Below, in pieces: positions 1-9,532 of a DNA stretch of 64,000 nucleotides. The notes beneath the pieces are model-generated. The model did not search any database. It was not told where the DNA came from and saw nothing but the letters and a program-made list of their open reading frames with translations. A program made the translations under genes and the position numbers. This DNA comes from an uncultured bacterium (GTDB lineage: Bacteria > Acidobacteriota > Aminicenantia > Aminicenantales > Saccharicenantaceae), in assembly GCA_963827635.1 (NCBI GenBank), contig CAWHBV010000009.1, positions 394,548 to 458,547 of the forward strand. Reading direction: 5' to 3'. How positions within the stretch are numbered: position 1 is the first letter of the stretch; every line of letters begins with the position of its first letter.

Positions 1-963
1 CGACGCTGGTGAGGATGCCGACGGGGATCTCGAACGGGGCGGCGCCGCGGGCGACGGTGTCGGCGAGGAGGAGGAGGGCGGCGCCGTAGCCGGCCGAGAG
101 GGGCACGACCTTGCGGTTGTCGGCGCCGACGGCCATCCGGACGAGATGGGGCACGATGAGCCCGACCCAGCTGACGACCCCCATGACGGCCGTGGCCGCG
201 GCCGTGACCAGGGCGGCCAGGGCGATGACGGCGATCTTGTCCCGGGTCGTGTCGAGGCCGAGCGACCTCGCTTCCTCCTCTCCCGAGCGAAAGGACGTTC
301 AGCCGCCAGCGCATGAGGATGAGGACGGCGACGCCGGCGCCGATGACGGGCAGGGTCACGGCGAGATCGCCCCATGTGGCCTGGCCGAGGCTGCCCATGA
401 GCCAGAAAACGAGCGATTGCAGGGCGTAGGGATTGGCGAAGACCTCGACGAGCGAAAGCAGGGCCTGGAAGAGGGCGGAGACGATGACGCCGCCGAGCAG
501 GATGGTCACCACCTGCGAGGCCGACCGGCCCGCGATCGCCACGACCAGCAGGACGGCGAGCAGGGCGAAGACGAAGGCGGCCGGCTGGGGCGGGACACCG
601 CGGCCGAGGAAGACGATCGAAAGGGCGGCGCCGAAGGCCGCGCCGTTGGAGATGCCCAGGCTGAACTCGAAGACGAGAGGATTCCTGAACAGCGCCTGGA
701 GCGAGGCACCGGACACCGCCAGCGCCGCGCCGGCGAAGAGGGCCAGCAGGAGCCGGGGCAGCCGGACACGGAAGAGGATGTCGGCGTACGGCGACGGGCC
801 GGAGCCGTCCCCGCCCGGGAAGACGGCCTCGGCGACGGTCGTGAAGAACGGCCTGCGGCGGAATGCGGTAGGCGCCGACGTTCAGGGCGACGAGCGAGAG
901 CACGAGGGGCAGCCCGACGGCCAGAACGGTGAGGACCGTCGTCCGTCTTATCTCGCCGTCCAC
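1..963 (-). CDS. FecCD/BtuC-family ABC transporter permease (iron-chelate/cobalamin), 3' end outside window, frameshifted
   Basis: Manual minus-strand reading: GTG start ~963 (VDGEIRRTTVLTVLAVGLPLVLSLVALNVGAY) and C-terminal LLLLADTVARGAAPFEIPVGILTSV, typical of FecCD permeases; several indels break the frame. Confidence 0.85.
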   Translation of the reverse strand, partial: MDGEIRRTTVLTVLAVGLPLVLSLVALNVGAYRIPPQAVLHDRRRGRLPGRGRLRPVAVRRHPLPCPAAPAPAGPLRRRGAGGVRCLAPGAVQESSRLRVQPGHLQRRGLRRRPFDRLPRPRCPAPAGRLRLRPARRPAGRGDRGPVGLAGGDHPARRRHRLRPLPGPAFARRGLRQSLRPAIARFLAHGQPRPGHMGRSRRDPARHRRRRRRPHPHALAAERPFARERRKRGRSASTRPGTRSPSSPWPPWSRPRPRPSWGSSAGSGSSCPISSGWPSAPTTARSCPSRPATAPPSSSSPTPSPAAPPRSRSPSASSPAS

Positions 964-2034
964 TCATGGCAGTCCAGGATGCGGCAGAGCGCCGAGAAGG
1001 CGCCCTCGACGCCGTAGAATTCCTTGAAGATGGAGTCCCCCGTCGCGACGAGGCCGGGTCCGGCCGGGGCGCCGGGCCGCAGCAGGCCCGACAGATAGAC
1101 CGTTTCGACCAGGACGAGGGCCGGGTCCCACCAGTACCAGTACCCGAAGGTGTAATGGACGCGGCCCGATCTGACCGCGCGCAGGGAGGCCAGCCGCGGG
1201 TCCCGGAGGACCGTCCCGACCGACACGCGTCTCTCCGCCGGAGGGTAGTTGCCCTGGACGAGGATGACCTCCGGGTCCCAGGCGATGAGCGTTTCGATGG
1301 AGATCGTCGCCCCGGCCGCGCCGAGGTATTCGGGCAGGACACCCGACGCGGCGTTGCGGCCGCCGGCGGCGTCGACCGGTTCGTAGGAGACCGGCGTCCT
1401 GACGAGGGAGTTCCAGAACGCGAGATAGACGGAGGGCCGGTCCCCCGGCGGATCCGGTGAGGCGGCCCGGTCCAGGGCGCGCAGCCGCTCCCGGAAGAAC
1501 GCGACGAGCTCCGCGGCCCGTCTCTTCGCGCCCGAGGATCCGGCCGAGCGTTACGATCTCCCCGAGGAGGCCGGCGAACCGGCCCATCGACGCCAAGGCC
1601 ACGACCGGGACGTCGAGCTTTCTCTCGATGGACTCGGCCATGCGGAATTCCGAAGGCGAGGCGAAGACGATGTCCGGACGGAGCCTGACGGCCTCTTCGA
1701 TCGAGAGGTCCTGGGCCTGGTTCGAGACGACGGGGAGCTTCGAGCCTGCCGGGAAGACGAGCGGGAAGAGATGATCGTGGTGCTTCAAGAAATAGTCGAT
1801 GCCCACCAGCCTGTCCCCGGCCCCGAGGGCGACGATGATCCGGGTGATCTCCGGCTCGAGGGAGATGATCCGTCCGATCCTCCCGGGGACCGACACGCTC
1901 CGGTTCAAGGTGTCGACGACCGTGATCGGCGCCGGGACCTGACCGGCGGCCCCGGCGGGCGCGGGGAAGCGAAGGACGGCCAGAGCGATCCCGGCGAGGA
2001 GCCCGGCCGTTCTCGCCGTCCGCGCGGGGTTCAT
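948..2034 (-). CDS. ABC transporter substrate-binding protein (Fe3+-siderophore/cobalamin type), frameshifted near 1510
   Basis: Signal peptide MNPARTARTAGLLAGIALAV, VVDTLNRSVSVPGRIGRIISLEPEITRIIVALGAGDRLVGID, SIEEAVRLRPDIVF (ORF 964..2697); C-terminus LRAVRSGRVH in ORF 948..1226. Confidence 0.85.
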
Positions 2035-2697
2035 GCGAAGACGATCTCGCCGAAGAATTCCGGCCGGTGGAAGTCGGGGGCCGGGGTGTCGACCGGGCTC
2101 CAGGCCCCGTAGTGGGGGAACTCGGTCTCGTCCCCGCATTTGTAGAAATTGGCCGCGGACCTGCAACCCGCGTCGATCTCCCGGCCGTAGATGCTTGCGG
2201 AACAGGGCCAGCGGGACCCGGTACTCGAGCGTCCACTCCGGCGCGCCGTGCGCTCCGTCGACGGGTCCCGCGACGGAGGAGCGGACCTCGAAACCGGCCA
2301 GGTCCTCGGGCCACAGCGGTTCGCGGTGCGACCGGTCCGGGCCGACGGCGGCCAGAAGGGTGCCGATGGCGTTGGTCTCGAAATTGACGTAGCCCCGTCC
2401 GGATCCGGGAAAAGCGTCGATGAAGAACTCGACGCAGCTGTCCTTGTAAACGGGGTCCTGGAACTTCGTGTATCGCGCCCGGATCCTCTCCTCCCCGACC
2501 CGGAACCTGACGTGGAGGAAATGGGGGGAGCGGCAGAGACGCGCTTCGGCCTCCGGCCGGTAGCCGTTGGCGAGCCAGAGGTAATGACCGATCCTGAGGG
2601 CGGGGATCTCCGCCCAGGAAAGGCCCGGGTCTCCCGGACGGAAGTCTCCGGATACGCGCCGGACCGTGTAAACCGGCCTCGCCGGATTCTCCGTCAT
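2031..2697 (-). CDS. Carbohydrate-binding family 9-like (DOMON-like) protein, frameshifted near 2190
   Basis: DPVYKDSCVEFF, YVNFETNAIGT, WTLEYRVP, then after the shift GNFYKCGDETEFPHYGAWSPVDTPAPDFHRPEFFG; ATGA overlaps at both ends. Confidence 0.8.
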
Positions 2698-4778
2698 GCG
2701 ACGGGCTCCGCGCAGGCCTCGACCAGCCGGCCGATCGCCTTGACGACGGCGAGCTCGGCGTGGCCGGCCGGTTTGGCCGCCTCGGTCAGGATATTCCGGC
2801 GCGCCTCCACCCAGGCGGCGGGCCGGCGCTCTCCCTTCGTCAGGCAGTCGAGGGACTCCAGCCCGATCTCACAGATCCGGGCCAGGTTGAGCGAGAGCGG
2901 CTCGATCTCCCGCAGGGCGGGTGACGCGGCCAGAAGGGGCAGGACCGCGGCGTGGTTGTCTTTCCAGGCCTTCAGCTTCGCCGCGAGATCCTCGCCGGCC
3001 TGCCTGTTCTTTCCGGCCAGGAAACGGCCGACCTTGTTCCCGAATGACCACGCAGCCATCGATTCGGGGGCGCAGGCGTCGACGAAGCGGGTGAAGGGCG
3101 TGAGGCTGGTGTAGGCGGCCTGCCCGTGCCGGCTGTAGCCCTCGAGAGGCTCGACGGCTTCGGCCAGGACCTTCAAGGCCTTGATGCGGGGGCCCCCGGC
3201 GAGCCGTCTCAGGAGCATGTCCCGGTTCTTGATGTGGAGAAGGCCCAGCTCCTCGAGCCTGAGACCGATGGGCCCGAGACGCCGGTACATGTCCTCGACA
3301 TCGCGGACCGAGGCCGGGGACCAGAGCCGCTCGGCGATGGCCGCCGTCCGGGGCCAGATCCTCGAATCGATCGTCTCCGAGGTCACGAGCTCGGACCACA
3401 TCGTCGCCTCCCCGCCCAGGACCAGCTTCCTCTGGGCCTCGCCGAGAGGCGAGTCCGCCGGGATGGGATCGTTGAGATAGTGGTACTCGGCCGACTGGCA
3501 CAGATCGATGTACCAACCGTTGGAGAGGATCCCCTGATAGCCCTTCCCGGCGGCTTCGACGAGGGCCTTCTGCCCGCGCCAGGAATGGATGACGATGTCC
3601 GTCGGCAGCCCCGGCTGGAAGATCTCGTCCCAGCCGACCATCTTCTTGCCGTGCTTGGTCAGGATGCGGAGCAGGCGCTTGTTGAAATAGGCCTGGAGGG
3701 CGCTGTTGTCGGCAAGTCCGTTCTTCTTCTTGAAGGCCTGGATGGCCGGATTGGCGTCCCATTGGTGGCCTTCGACCTCGTCTCCGCCGATGTGGAGATA
3801 GGGATCGGGGAAGAGGCCGGCCATCTCCTTGAAGAAGGCGTCGAAGAAGGGATAGATGCGCTCGTCGGCGGGATTGAAGGCCGGCCCGAAGACGCCGAAT
3901 CGCCTCTCGATCGTGTAGGGGCCCGGGGCGCTCGCGAACTCGGGGTAGGCGACGAACCAGCTGGTCGAGTGGCCCGGGAGGTCGAACTCGGGCATGACCC
4001 GGATGCCGCGGTCGGCAGCGTAGGCGATGACGTCGCGGATCTCGGTCTGGGTGTAGAACAGGCCGTCCGAGCCGAGCTCGTGGAGCCGGGGGAAGACCTT
4101 GGATTCGACGCGGAAGCCCTGGTCCTCGGTCAGGTGCCAATGGAGCACGTTCAGCTTGACCGCGGCCATGCCGTCGAGGTTCCGCTTGATGACGTCGACG
4201 GGATGGAAGTGCCGGCCGACGTCGATGAGGAGGCCGCGCCAGGTGAAGCGGGGTCTGTCGGAGATCTCACAGCCGGGGAAGTAGTAGCCGGCCCCGTCGG
4301 CGCTCAGGAGCTGGAGGAGCGTCTCCAGCCCGCGGAGCACCCCGATATCGGTCTTCGCGCTCAGGGCGATCCCGTCCGCGGCCACCGACAGGGTGTAGGA
4401 CTCGTCCTCGTTGGGCAGAAGCCGCCCTTCCCTTTCGTAGGTGTAACGGATGCCGCCGTCCCCGGCCGGTTTCTGGGAGGCGAGGAAGTCCTGCTTCAGA
4501 AAGAGCCCCGTCCGGCCGGCCAGCCGGGACATGAACCGGGCCGCCGCCTTGAACGACCGGCTCGTCGAAGCCCCCGGCCCGCCGATCGCGAGACCCTCGT
4601 CGATGCGGAAACGCCCGTCCCGGGGGGTCACGCTCTCGGGCACGGGCATGAGCGCCCTGAGGCCTGTCGGGGCTGAGGCGGGCGCCTGCGGCGCGGGAAA
4701 AGCGCCGGCGAAACTTCCGAGGGACAGAAGGGCCAGCGACACAAAAAGGGCCGAAACGAGACGGGAAATACGGTCCAT
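2694..4778 (-). CDS. Beta-N-acetylhexosaminidase, GH20, exported
   Basis: Intact ORF; DRPRFTWRGLLIDVGRHF, KLNVLHWHLTEDQG, PEFDLPGH, HIGGDE catalytic motif, IWPR; GGAGGAG RBS before ATG 4778. Confidence 0.95.
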   Translation of the reverse strand: MDRISRLVSALFVSLALLSLGSFAGAFPAPQAPASAPTGLRALMPVPESVTPRDGRFRIDEGLAIGGPGASTSRSFKAAARFMSRLAGRTGLFLKQDFLASQKPAGDGGIRYTYEREGRLLPNEDESYTLSVAADGIALSAKTDIGVLRGLETLLQLLSADGAGYYFPGCEISDRPRFTWRGLLIDVGRHFHPVDVIKRNLDGMAAVKLNVLHWHLTEDQGFRVESKVFPRLHELGSDGLFYTQTEIRDVIAYAADRGIRVMPEFDLPGHSTSWFVAYPEFASAPGPYTIERRFGVFGPAFNPADERIYPFFDAFFKEMAGLFPDPYLHIGGDEVEGHQWDANPAIQAFKKKNGLADNSALQAYFNKRLLRILTKHGKKMVGWDEIFQPGLPTDIVIHSWRGQKALVEAAGKGYQGILSNGWYIDLCQSAEYHYLNDPIPADSPLGEAQRKLVLGGEATMWSELVTSETIDSRIWPRTAAIAERLWSPASVRDVEDMYRRLGPIGLRLEELGLLHIKNRDMLLRRLAGGPRIKALKVLAEAVEPLEGYSRHGQAAYTSLTPFTRFVDACAPESMAAWSFGNKVGRFLAGKNRQAGEDLAAKLKAWKDNHAAVLPLLAASPALREIEPLSLNLARICEIGLESLDCLTKGERRPAAWVEARRNILTEAAKPAGHAELAVVKAIGRLVEACAEPVA

Positions 4779-4864
4779 GATCACTCCTCCGTGCGCTGGA
4801 AATGGCAAGCCCCTTTATAGCACAGAGGAGGGGCGCGGGAAAGGGCGGGCCGCCCGCCCCGGGC

Positions 4865-5131
4865 TCAGTCCCCGGTCTTCTCGACGACGATGGTCAGGTT
4901 CGAGGCCAGCGCGGCGACGGCGCCGACGGCGGCCAGGACGGGCGCGAACACGGCCCCGACGACGCCCACGGTCAACGGGATCTCCATGAAGGTCTTGCCG
5001 TGCTCGTCCTTGAGGATGATCCGCCGGACGTTGCCCTCGTGCAGGATCTCCTTGATCTTGTCGAGGAGCTCGCCGCCGTTGATCTTGAATTCCTCGAATT
5101 TCGACTTCGGGTCCTTGTTGTCTTCCGTCAT
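4865..5131 (-). CDS. DUF4342-type small protein
   Basis: EEFKINGGELLDKIKEILHEGNVRRIILK...EIPLTVGVVGAVFAPVLAAVGA matches the family pattern; AGGAGG RBS. Confidence 0.8.
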   Translation of the reverse strand: MTEDNKDPKSKFEEFKINGGELLDKIKEILHEGNVRRIILKDEHGKTFMEIPLTVGVVGAVFAPVLAAVGAVAALASNLTIVVEKTGD

Positions 5132-5196
5132 GTCCGGCCTCCTTACGGGATGATCGCCCCGCCGGCTCCGGGGAACGGGCGGGACCGCATTCCTCT

Positions 5197-5730
5197 TTAA
5201 TTACGTCCAAGCTCCGGAAAGAGTTCCTTCAGGATCGCGAGCGATTCCGGAAAGAGATCGCCGAGGCCCAGCGGTTCCCAGGCCGCGTAGGTATAGCGCC
5301 ACTCTCCGCGGGCGTCCTGCCGCAGCTCGGCCTCGAACCGGTAATATTCGCCGGTGACGCGGATGAGCTTGCGCAGGACCTCGGCGGCGCCGTGCGAGAG
5401 GACGACCTCGAATTCGACCCCGATCCGGCCGTCCGGGCCCGGCGTCCCGACGCGGGCGCCGAGCACGTGGACGACGATCCCCCGGAAGCGGTCGAGGTAG
5501 CCGGCGACGAGCCGGGCCGTGGCTTCCCTGTCCCGCCCATCCCCGTCGGTGTAATCGTCGGCCAGGAATTCCATGAACCCGGCGAGGTCCCTCTTCTCCG
5601 CTTTCGCCGCGGACTCCTTCAGGACCTCCCGGATCCGGGCTTCCGCGGAGGGCCGGCCGCAGGCATGGAACAGCAGGCAGACGCCGAGGACCGTCGGAAA
5701 GGACAGGAACCGGACCGCATTCGTCCGCAT
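5197..5730 (-). CDS. Putative lipoprotein with NTF2/SnoaL-like fold
   Basis: Lipobox LFHAC; IREVLKESAAKAEKRDLAGFMEFLADDYTD is an NTF2-like N-terminus; TGATG coupling with the upstream gene. Confidence 0.6.
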   Translation of the reverse strand: MRTNAVRFLSFPTVLGVCLLFHACGRPSAEARIREVLKESAAKAEKRDLAGFMEFLADDYTDGDGRDREATARLVAGYLDRFRGIVVHVLGARVGTPGPDGRIGVEFEVVLSHGAAEVLRKLIRVTGEYYRFEAELRQDARGEWRYTYAAWEPLGLGDLFPESLAILKELFPELGRN

Positions 5731-7621
5731 CAGCCGGCGCCCCCGCCTCCCCCGCCGCCCCCTCCTCCTCCGCCTCCCGCGCCGCCGCTGAACCCTCCCC
5801 CGCCGCCCGAGGAATAGTGGGCCGCCGAGGTGCTGGCGTCCTGGATGGCCATGGCCGTGTGCTCGATGCTGCTGATGACGTGGGAGAGGTCCATGACGGC
5901 CAGGTTCCCGGCCTGGCCGAGCCCGTCATGAGCCAGCCCGGCGTACCAGACCGGCGCAACGGCCCGCTCGTCCTGCAGGATGACGGGCAGCATCTTCAGG
6001 ATCTTCTTGGCGTTGCCGAAGAGGATGCCGTAGACGAGATAGTGCTCCCAGAGCTTGTAGGCCTCGGCCGGGATCTCCTTGAAATCGGAGAAGTCGTCGA
6101 GGAACCGCTTGAGGCCCTTCCAATCCTCGTTCTGCCGGGCCCAGGCCATCGTCCGCCGCTTGAGGCTCGGGATGAGGGCCAGGGAAAGGATGAGCAGAAC
6201 GGGGCTGAGGGTCAGGATGCCCGCCGGCACCGACGCCGCGTAGAAGATGTTCCTGGCCTTGAGGCTTTCCGGCTCGAGGAAGCCCAGCGGCGCGGCCTCG
6301 TCCCGGACCGCCTTGGTCCACTTGTTATACCAGGCCTGGAACTTCTGGGGTTTCTTTTTCAGGAACTTCTGGAGCCCGTCGACGGTGAAGGAGGCGCCCT
6401 TGACCGAACCCGCGCCCATGGCCTCCTCGAACAGGAAGGCGAGCAGCGACCGCTCGTAGGGCCGCAGGCCGCCGGCCCCCGCCAGATCCTCCTTCAGGGT
6501 GATCGACGTCTCCACGGCGTCCTTGGAACCGAACAGCCCCCGCTTGGTGACGTTCCGGTCGTCCATCTCCAGGACCTTCCGGCGGGCCAGGTCGAACAGG
6601 GTCGCCGTGAACGCCGCCGGCGTGACGGTCCGCCCCTCCCGCATGAGGGTCTGGACGATCGCCGGGGGAGGTCCGAGGGCGGCTCGCGGACGTAGTCGGG
6701 GATCCCGGCGAAGCGATAGTCTTTTCCCTTGGACGACCAGACCCGCAGGAAGACGACGAGCCACAGGAGCGGGCCGGCGATCTGCCAGACACCCCAGACA
6801 CTGACGCCCTTCAGGAGCTTCCTCTCCCTTTCGGCCTCTCTGCGCCCGATGCTCCGCCCGGGCGCTTTCCACCCGCTCGATCGTGCCCCGGACGAAGCCC
6901 TCCTCCTCGGTCTTGATGTCTTCGAGGCTGAGCCTGTCCGACGGGACGCCGGAGACGAGCCCGGACGGCCAGACCACCCGGAGCTCGAAGAACTGGCCGG
7001 AGCCGAGCTCGGGCGACGAGAAGCGGGCCGTCCGCTCGTCGACGACCTCCGCCCAGCCCGAGAGCGGGCCGTGACCCCAGACCCGGAGATCCTCTTTGGA
7101 TGCGACGGGCTCCGGCAGGACGACGGTCGCCCGGACGTTCTGCGCCGGCTTGTCCCAACCGTCGCCGATGACCTGCCAGTAGAGCTCCGTGACGTCCGGG
7201 TAGCTCGTGATCCCGCCGGAGACGCGATAATGGATATGGAAGGTCCGCCTTTCGTCCCGGGCCGTGAAGTACCACTTGGCGGTCAAGTCGCTCGCCGTCG
7301 TTGTCGATCCCGGTCACCAGGGGCGAGCCCTGCTCGTCCGTCACCGCGAACTCCGAGACGGAGACTTCGCGGGCGACGCCCTGTCGCTCGACCCGCAGGG
7401 GGACGACGATGAACGCGTAGCTGAATTTTCCCTGGAATTCGAAGGTCCGGAATTCGTCGACGAGGAACGACCCGTCGCGTTCGACGGCCACCTCGATCCG
7501 GACCTCGGGGAAATAGTAATCCTTCTCGGCGGCCCGGGCGGAACGGGGCAGGACGGCCGCGGCCACGAGCGCGGCGGCGGCGAGCGCGCCCGCCAGGGCC
7601 CTCGGTGAACTTCGGGATCAT
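5730..7621 (-). CDS. DUF2207-family membrane protein, frameshifted (about three indels)
   Basis: ELYWQVIGDGWDKP, VWGHGPLSG, WKGLKRFLDDFS, LWEHYLVYGILFG and Gly-rich tail GGGFSGGAGGGGGGGGGGGGGAG; pieces in ORFs 7283..7621, 6811..7566, 5730..7286. Confidence 0.85.
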
Positions 7622-7643
7622 GGATCCTCCCCTTCTCCGCGCG

Positions 7644-8921
7644 TCAGGGCTGTTTGAGGAACAGCTCGATGACCGGAATTTCCACGTCCGGCTTGGCGAC
7701 CGGCAGCCGCAGCGTCAGGTCTTTCTCCGAAGACGCCTCCCTCGGCCCGACCATGAATCCGCTGACCGCGCCCTTCTCCAGGAACGCGACCTCGGAGGCG
7801 TCGTGGAGGAGCTGGGCGTACTCGACCCGCCCGGCCAAGCCCTCCAGCGTCAGAAGGCCGGCCGGCCATTCGAGGACGTGGACGTAGAGCCGTCCGGTCT
7901 TCCCGTTGTAGGTCAGGAGCGTATTCGCGGGCCGGGAGATTCCTGCCGGGGCCTCCGTGCAGCCGTGGACGGCGCGGGCGTTCGACCTCATCCACGCCCC
8001 GATCCCGCGGAGCCGTTCGATGGCCCGGTCGTCGAACGTCCCCCGGCCGGTCGGGCCGACGTTGAGCAGGAGATTGCCGCCTTTGCCGACCGTCTCGACG
8101 AGCATGAGGATGAGCTGGCGGACGGATTTCCAGGTCGATTCGTCGCGGTCGTAGCCCCAGGAGCCCGAGAAGGTCTGGCAGGTCTCCCAGGGGACGGGCC
8201 GGCCGTCGACGCGGAGGCCCTCCCGCGGCATGAACTGTTCGGGTGTCCGGTAATCCCAACCGCCGGGGACGTCGAGGAGGTCGAGCCGGTCGTTGACGAG
8301 GATGCCGGGCTGGAGCCGGCGGATCGTCTCGAGCAGGCGTTCCGACTTCCACTCCTTCCGCCCCTTGCCGCCGGGGCCGGGGAAAGAATAGTCGAGGAAG
8401 AGGGAGTCGATCGGCCGTAGCCCGTGAGGAGCTCTTCGATCTGGGCGTGGAGATAGTCGGCGTACTCGCCGATGTCGCGGTTCGCGGCCCGGACCGCGAA
8501 CGTCGGGATCGTCGCGCATCGGATGGAAGGCGTCGAGAGTGTACTCGGGGTGGTGCCAGTCGAGGAGAGAATGGTAGAACCCGACCCGGAGGCCCTCGCC
8601 GCGCAGGGCCTCGACGAGCGGCCCGATGAGGTCCCGTCCCGCCGGCGTCCGGGTCGCCTTGAAGTCCGTGAGCTTGGAATCCCAGAGGCAGAAGCCGTCG
8701 TGGTGTTTCGTCGTCACGACGACGTATTTCATACCGGTCTCCCGGGCGGCCCGGGCCCAGGCGCGGGGATCGTAGAGGTCGGGATCGAACCGGGCGAAAT
8801 ACCGGCCGTAGGCTTCGTCGTCCATGCGCTCGCGGCTCCTCACCCATTCGTGGCGGGCGGCGAGGGAGTAGAGGCCCCAGTGGATGAACATCCCGAAGCG
8901 GGCTTCCGTCCACCATTCCAT
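7644..8921 (-). CDS. Alpha-L-fucosidase, GH29 (no signal peptide), two compensating frameshifts ~8420-8500
   Basis: WWTEARFGMFIHWGLYS, TTKHHDGFCLW, WETCQT, GNLLLNVGP; AGGAGG before ATG 8921. Confidence 0.92.
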   Translation of the reverse strand: MEWWTEARFGMFIHWGLYSLAARHEWVRSRERMDDEAYGRYFARFDPDLYDPRAWARAARETGMKYVVVTTKHHDGFCLWDSKLTDFKATRTPAGRDLIGPLVEALRGEGLRVGFYHSLLDWHHPEYTLDAFHPMRDDPDVRGPGREPRHRRVRRLSPRPDRRAPHGLRPIDSLFLDYSFPGPGGKGRKEWKSERLLETIRRLQPGILVNDRLDLLDVPGGWDYRTPEQFMPREGLRVDGRPVPWETCQTFSGSWGYDRDESTWKSVRQLILMLVETVGKGGNLLLNVGPTGRGTFDDRAIERLRGIGAWMRSNARAVHGCTEAPAGISRPANTLLTYNGKTGRLYVHVLEWPAGLLTLEGLAGRVEYAQLLHDASEVAFLEKGAVSGFMVGPREASSEKDLTLRLPVAKPDVEIPVIELFLKQP

Positions 8922-9002
8922 GCGAGCCTCCTTGCGACCGGACGCGGTCCTTCCCTTTTTAGCCCAGGTCGGGGAGAAATACAAGGACGCTGTTCGCCGG
9001 CG

Positions 9003-9365
9003 TCAGGACCCGGAGGCGTCCCGGGCGCCGAAAATGTGGTCCATCAGGGCGAATTCGGCCTCCGCACTCAGGGCGGTGAACTCGAGGCCGATCTCGAAGA
9101 CCTCGCCGTCGTAGATCTCGCGGACCCAGCGGACCACGGCGACGGCCCTGATCCTCCGGCGCGACCGCCCCAGGGTGAGATCCAGGCGGACGCGGTCTCC
9201 GCTCGCGAGCCGGGCCGAGGTCATGACCCGAAGCCCGCCCACGGAGACGTCCCGGGTCAGGGAATAGAAGACGGTCGGGACACCGGGGCGGACCTCGCCC
9301 GTCATCAGGGAGATGACGACCTTGTTCTCCTCGAGGACGCGGACGTCCCGGCGCCTGTCCTTCAC
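9003..9365 (-). CDS. Stand-alone PilZ-domain protein (c-di-GMP receptor)
   Basis: RRRDVR (RxxxR) and DVSVGG (DxSxxG) motifs, AVVRWVR, IGLEF. Confidence 0.85.
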   Translation of the reverse strand: MKDRRRDVRVLEENKVVISLMTGEVRPGVPTVFYSLTRDVSVGGLRVMTSARLASGDRVRLDLTLGRSRRRIRAVAVVRWVREIYDGEVFEIGLEFTALSAEAEFALMDHIFGARDASGS

Positions 9366-9472
9366 GGGCGCCTGCTCCCTCTCCGCTCGTTCATCAACTC
9401 CCTCTGTGTCGACGGTCCTGTCCGCAACTTTCCGTAACCTTTTAGTCGGACGGCGCCCCGGGCGGACGGACT

Positions 9473-9501
9473 TTGACTTTGCCCCCGGACCGGCATACGA
9501 T
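9473..9501 (+). promoter_or_regulatory. Sigma70-type promoter for the acyl-CoA synthetase gene
   Basis: TTGACT-17 nt-TACGAT, then GAGGAGG RBS before ATG 9533. Confidence 0.6.
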
Positions 9502-9532
9502 GGGGCGATCCCGCCGGACGAGGAGGCCGCCC

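Noticed and set aside
964-2697. Apparent CBM9 / ABC binding protein fusion ORF (also CBM9 / serine hydrolase in 33596..36688 and cyclophilin-led 47464..50391)
   Set aside because: These are chimeras made by indels joining neighbouring genes through Arg/Pro-rich out-of-frame sequence; each partner has its own start and stop.
5733-5812. CCG/CCT-rich low-complexity tract resembling a microsatellite or poly-proline ORF
   Set aside because: It encodes the normal Gly-rich C-terminal tail of the DUF2207 protein on the minus strand.
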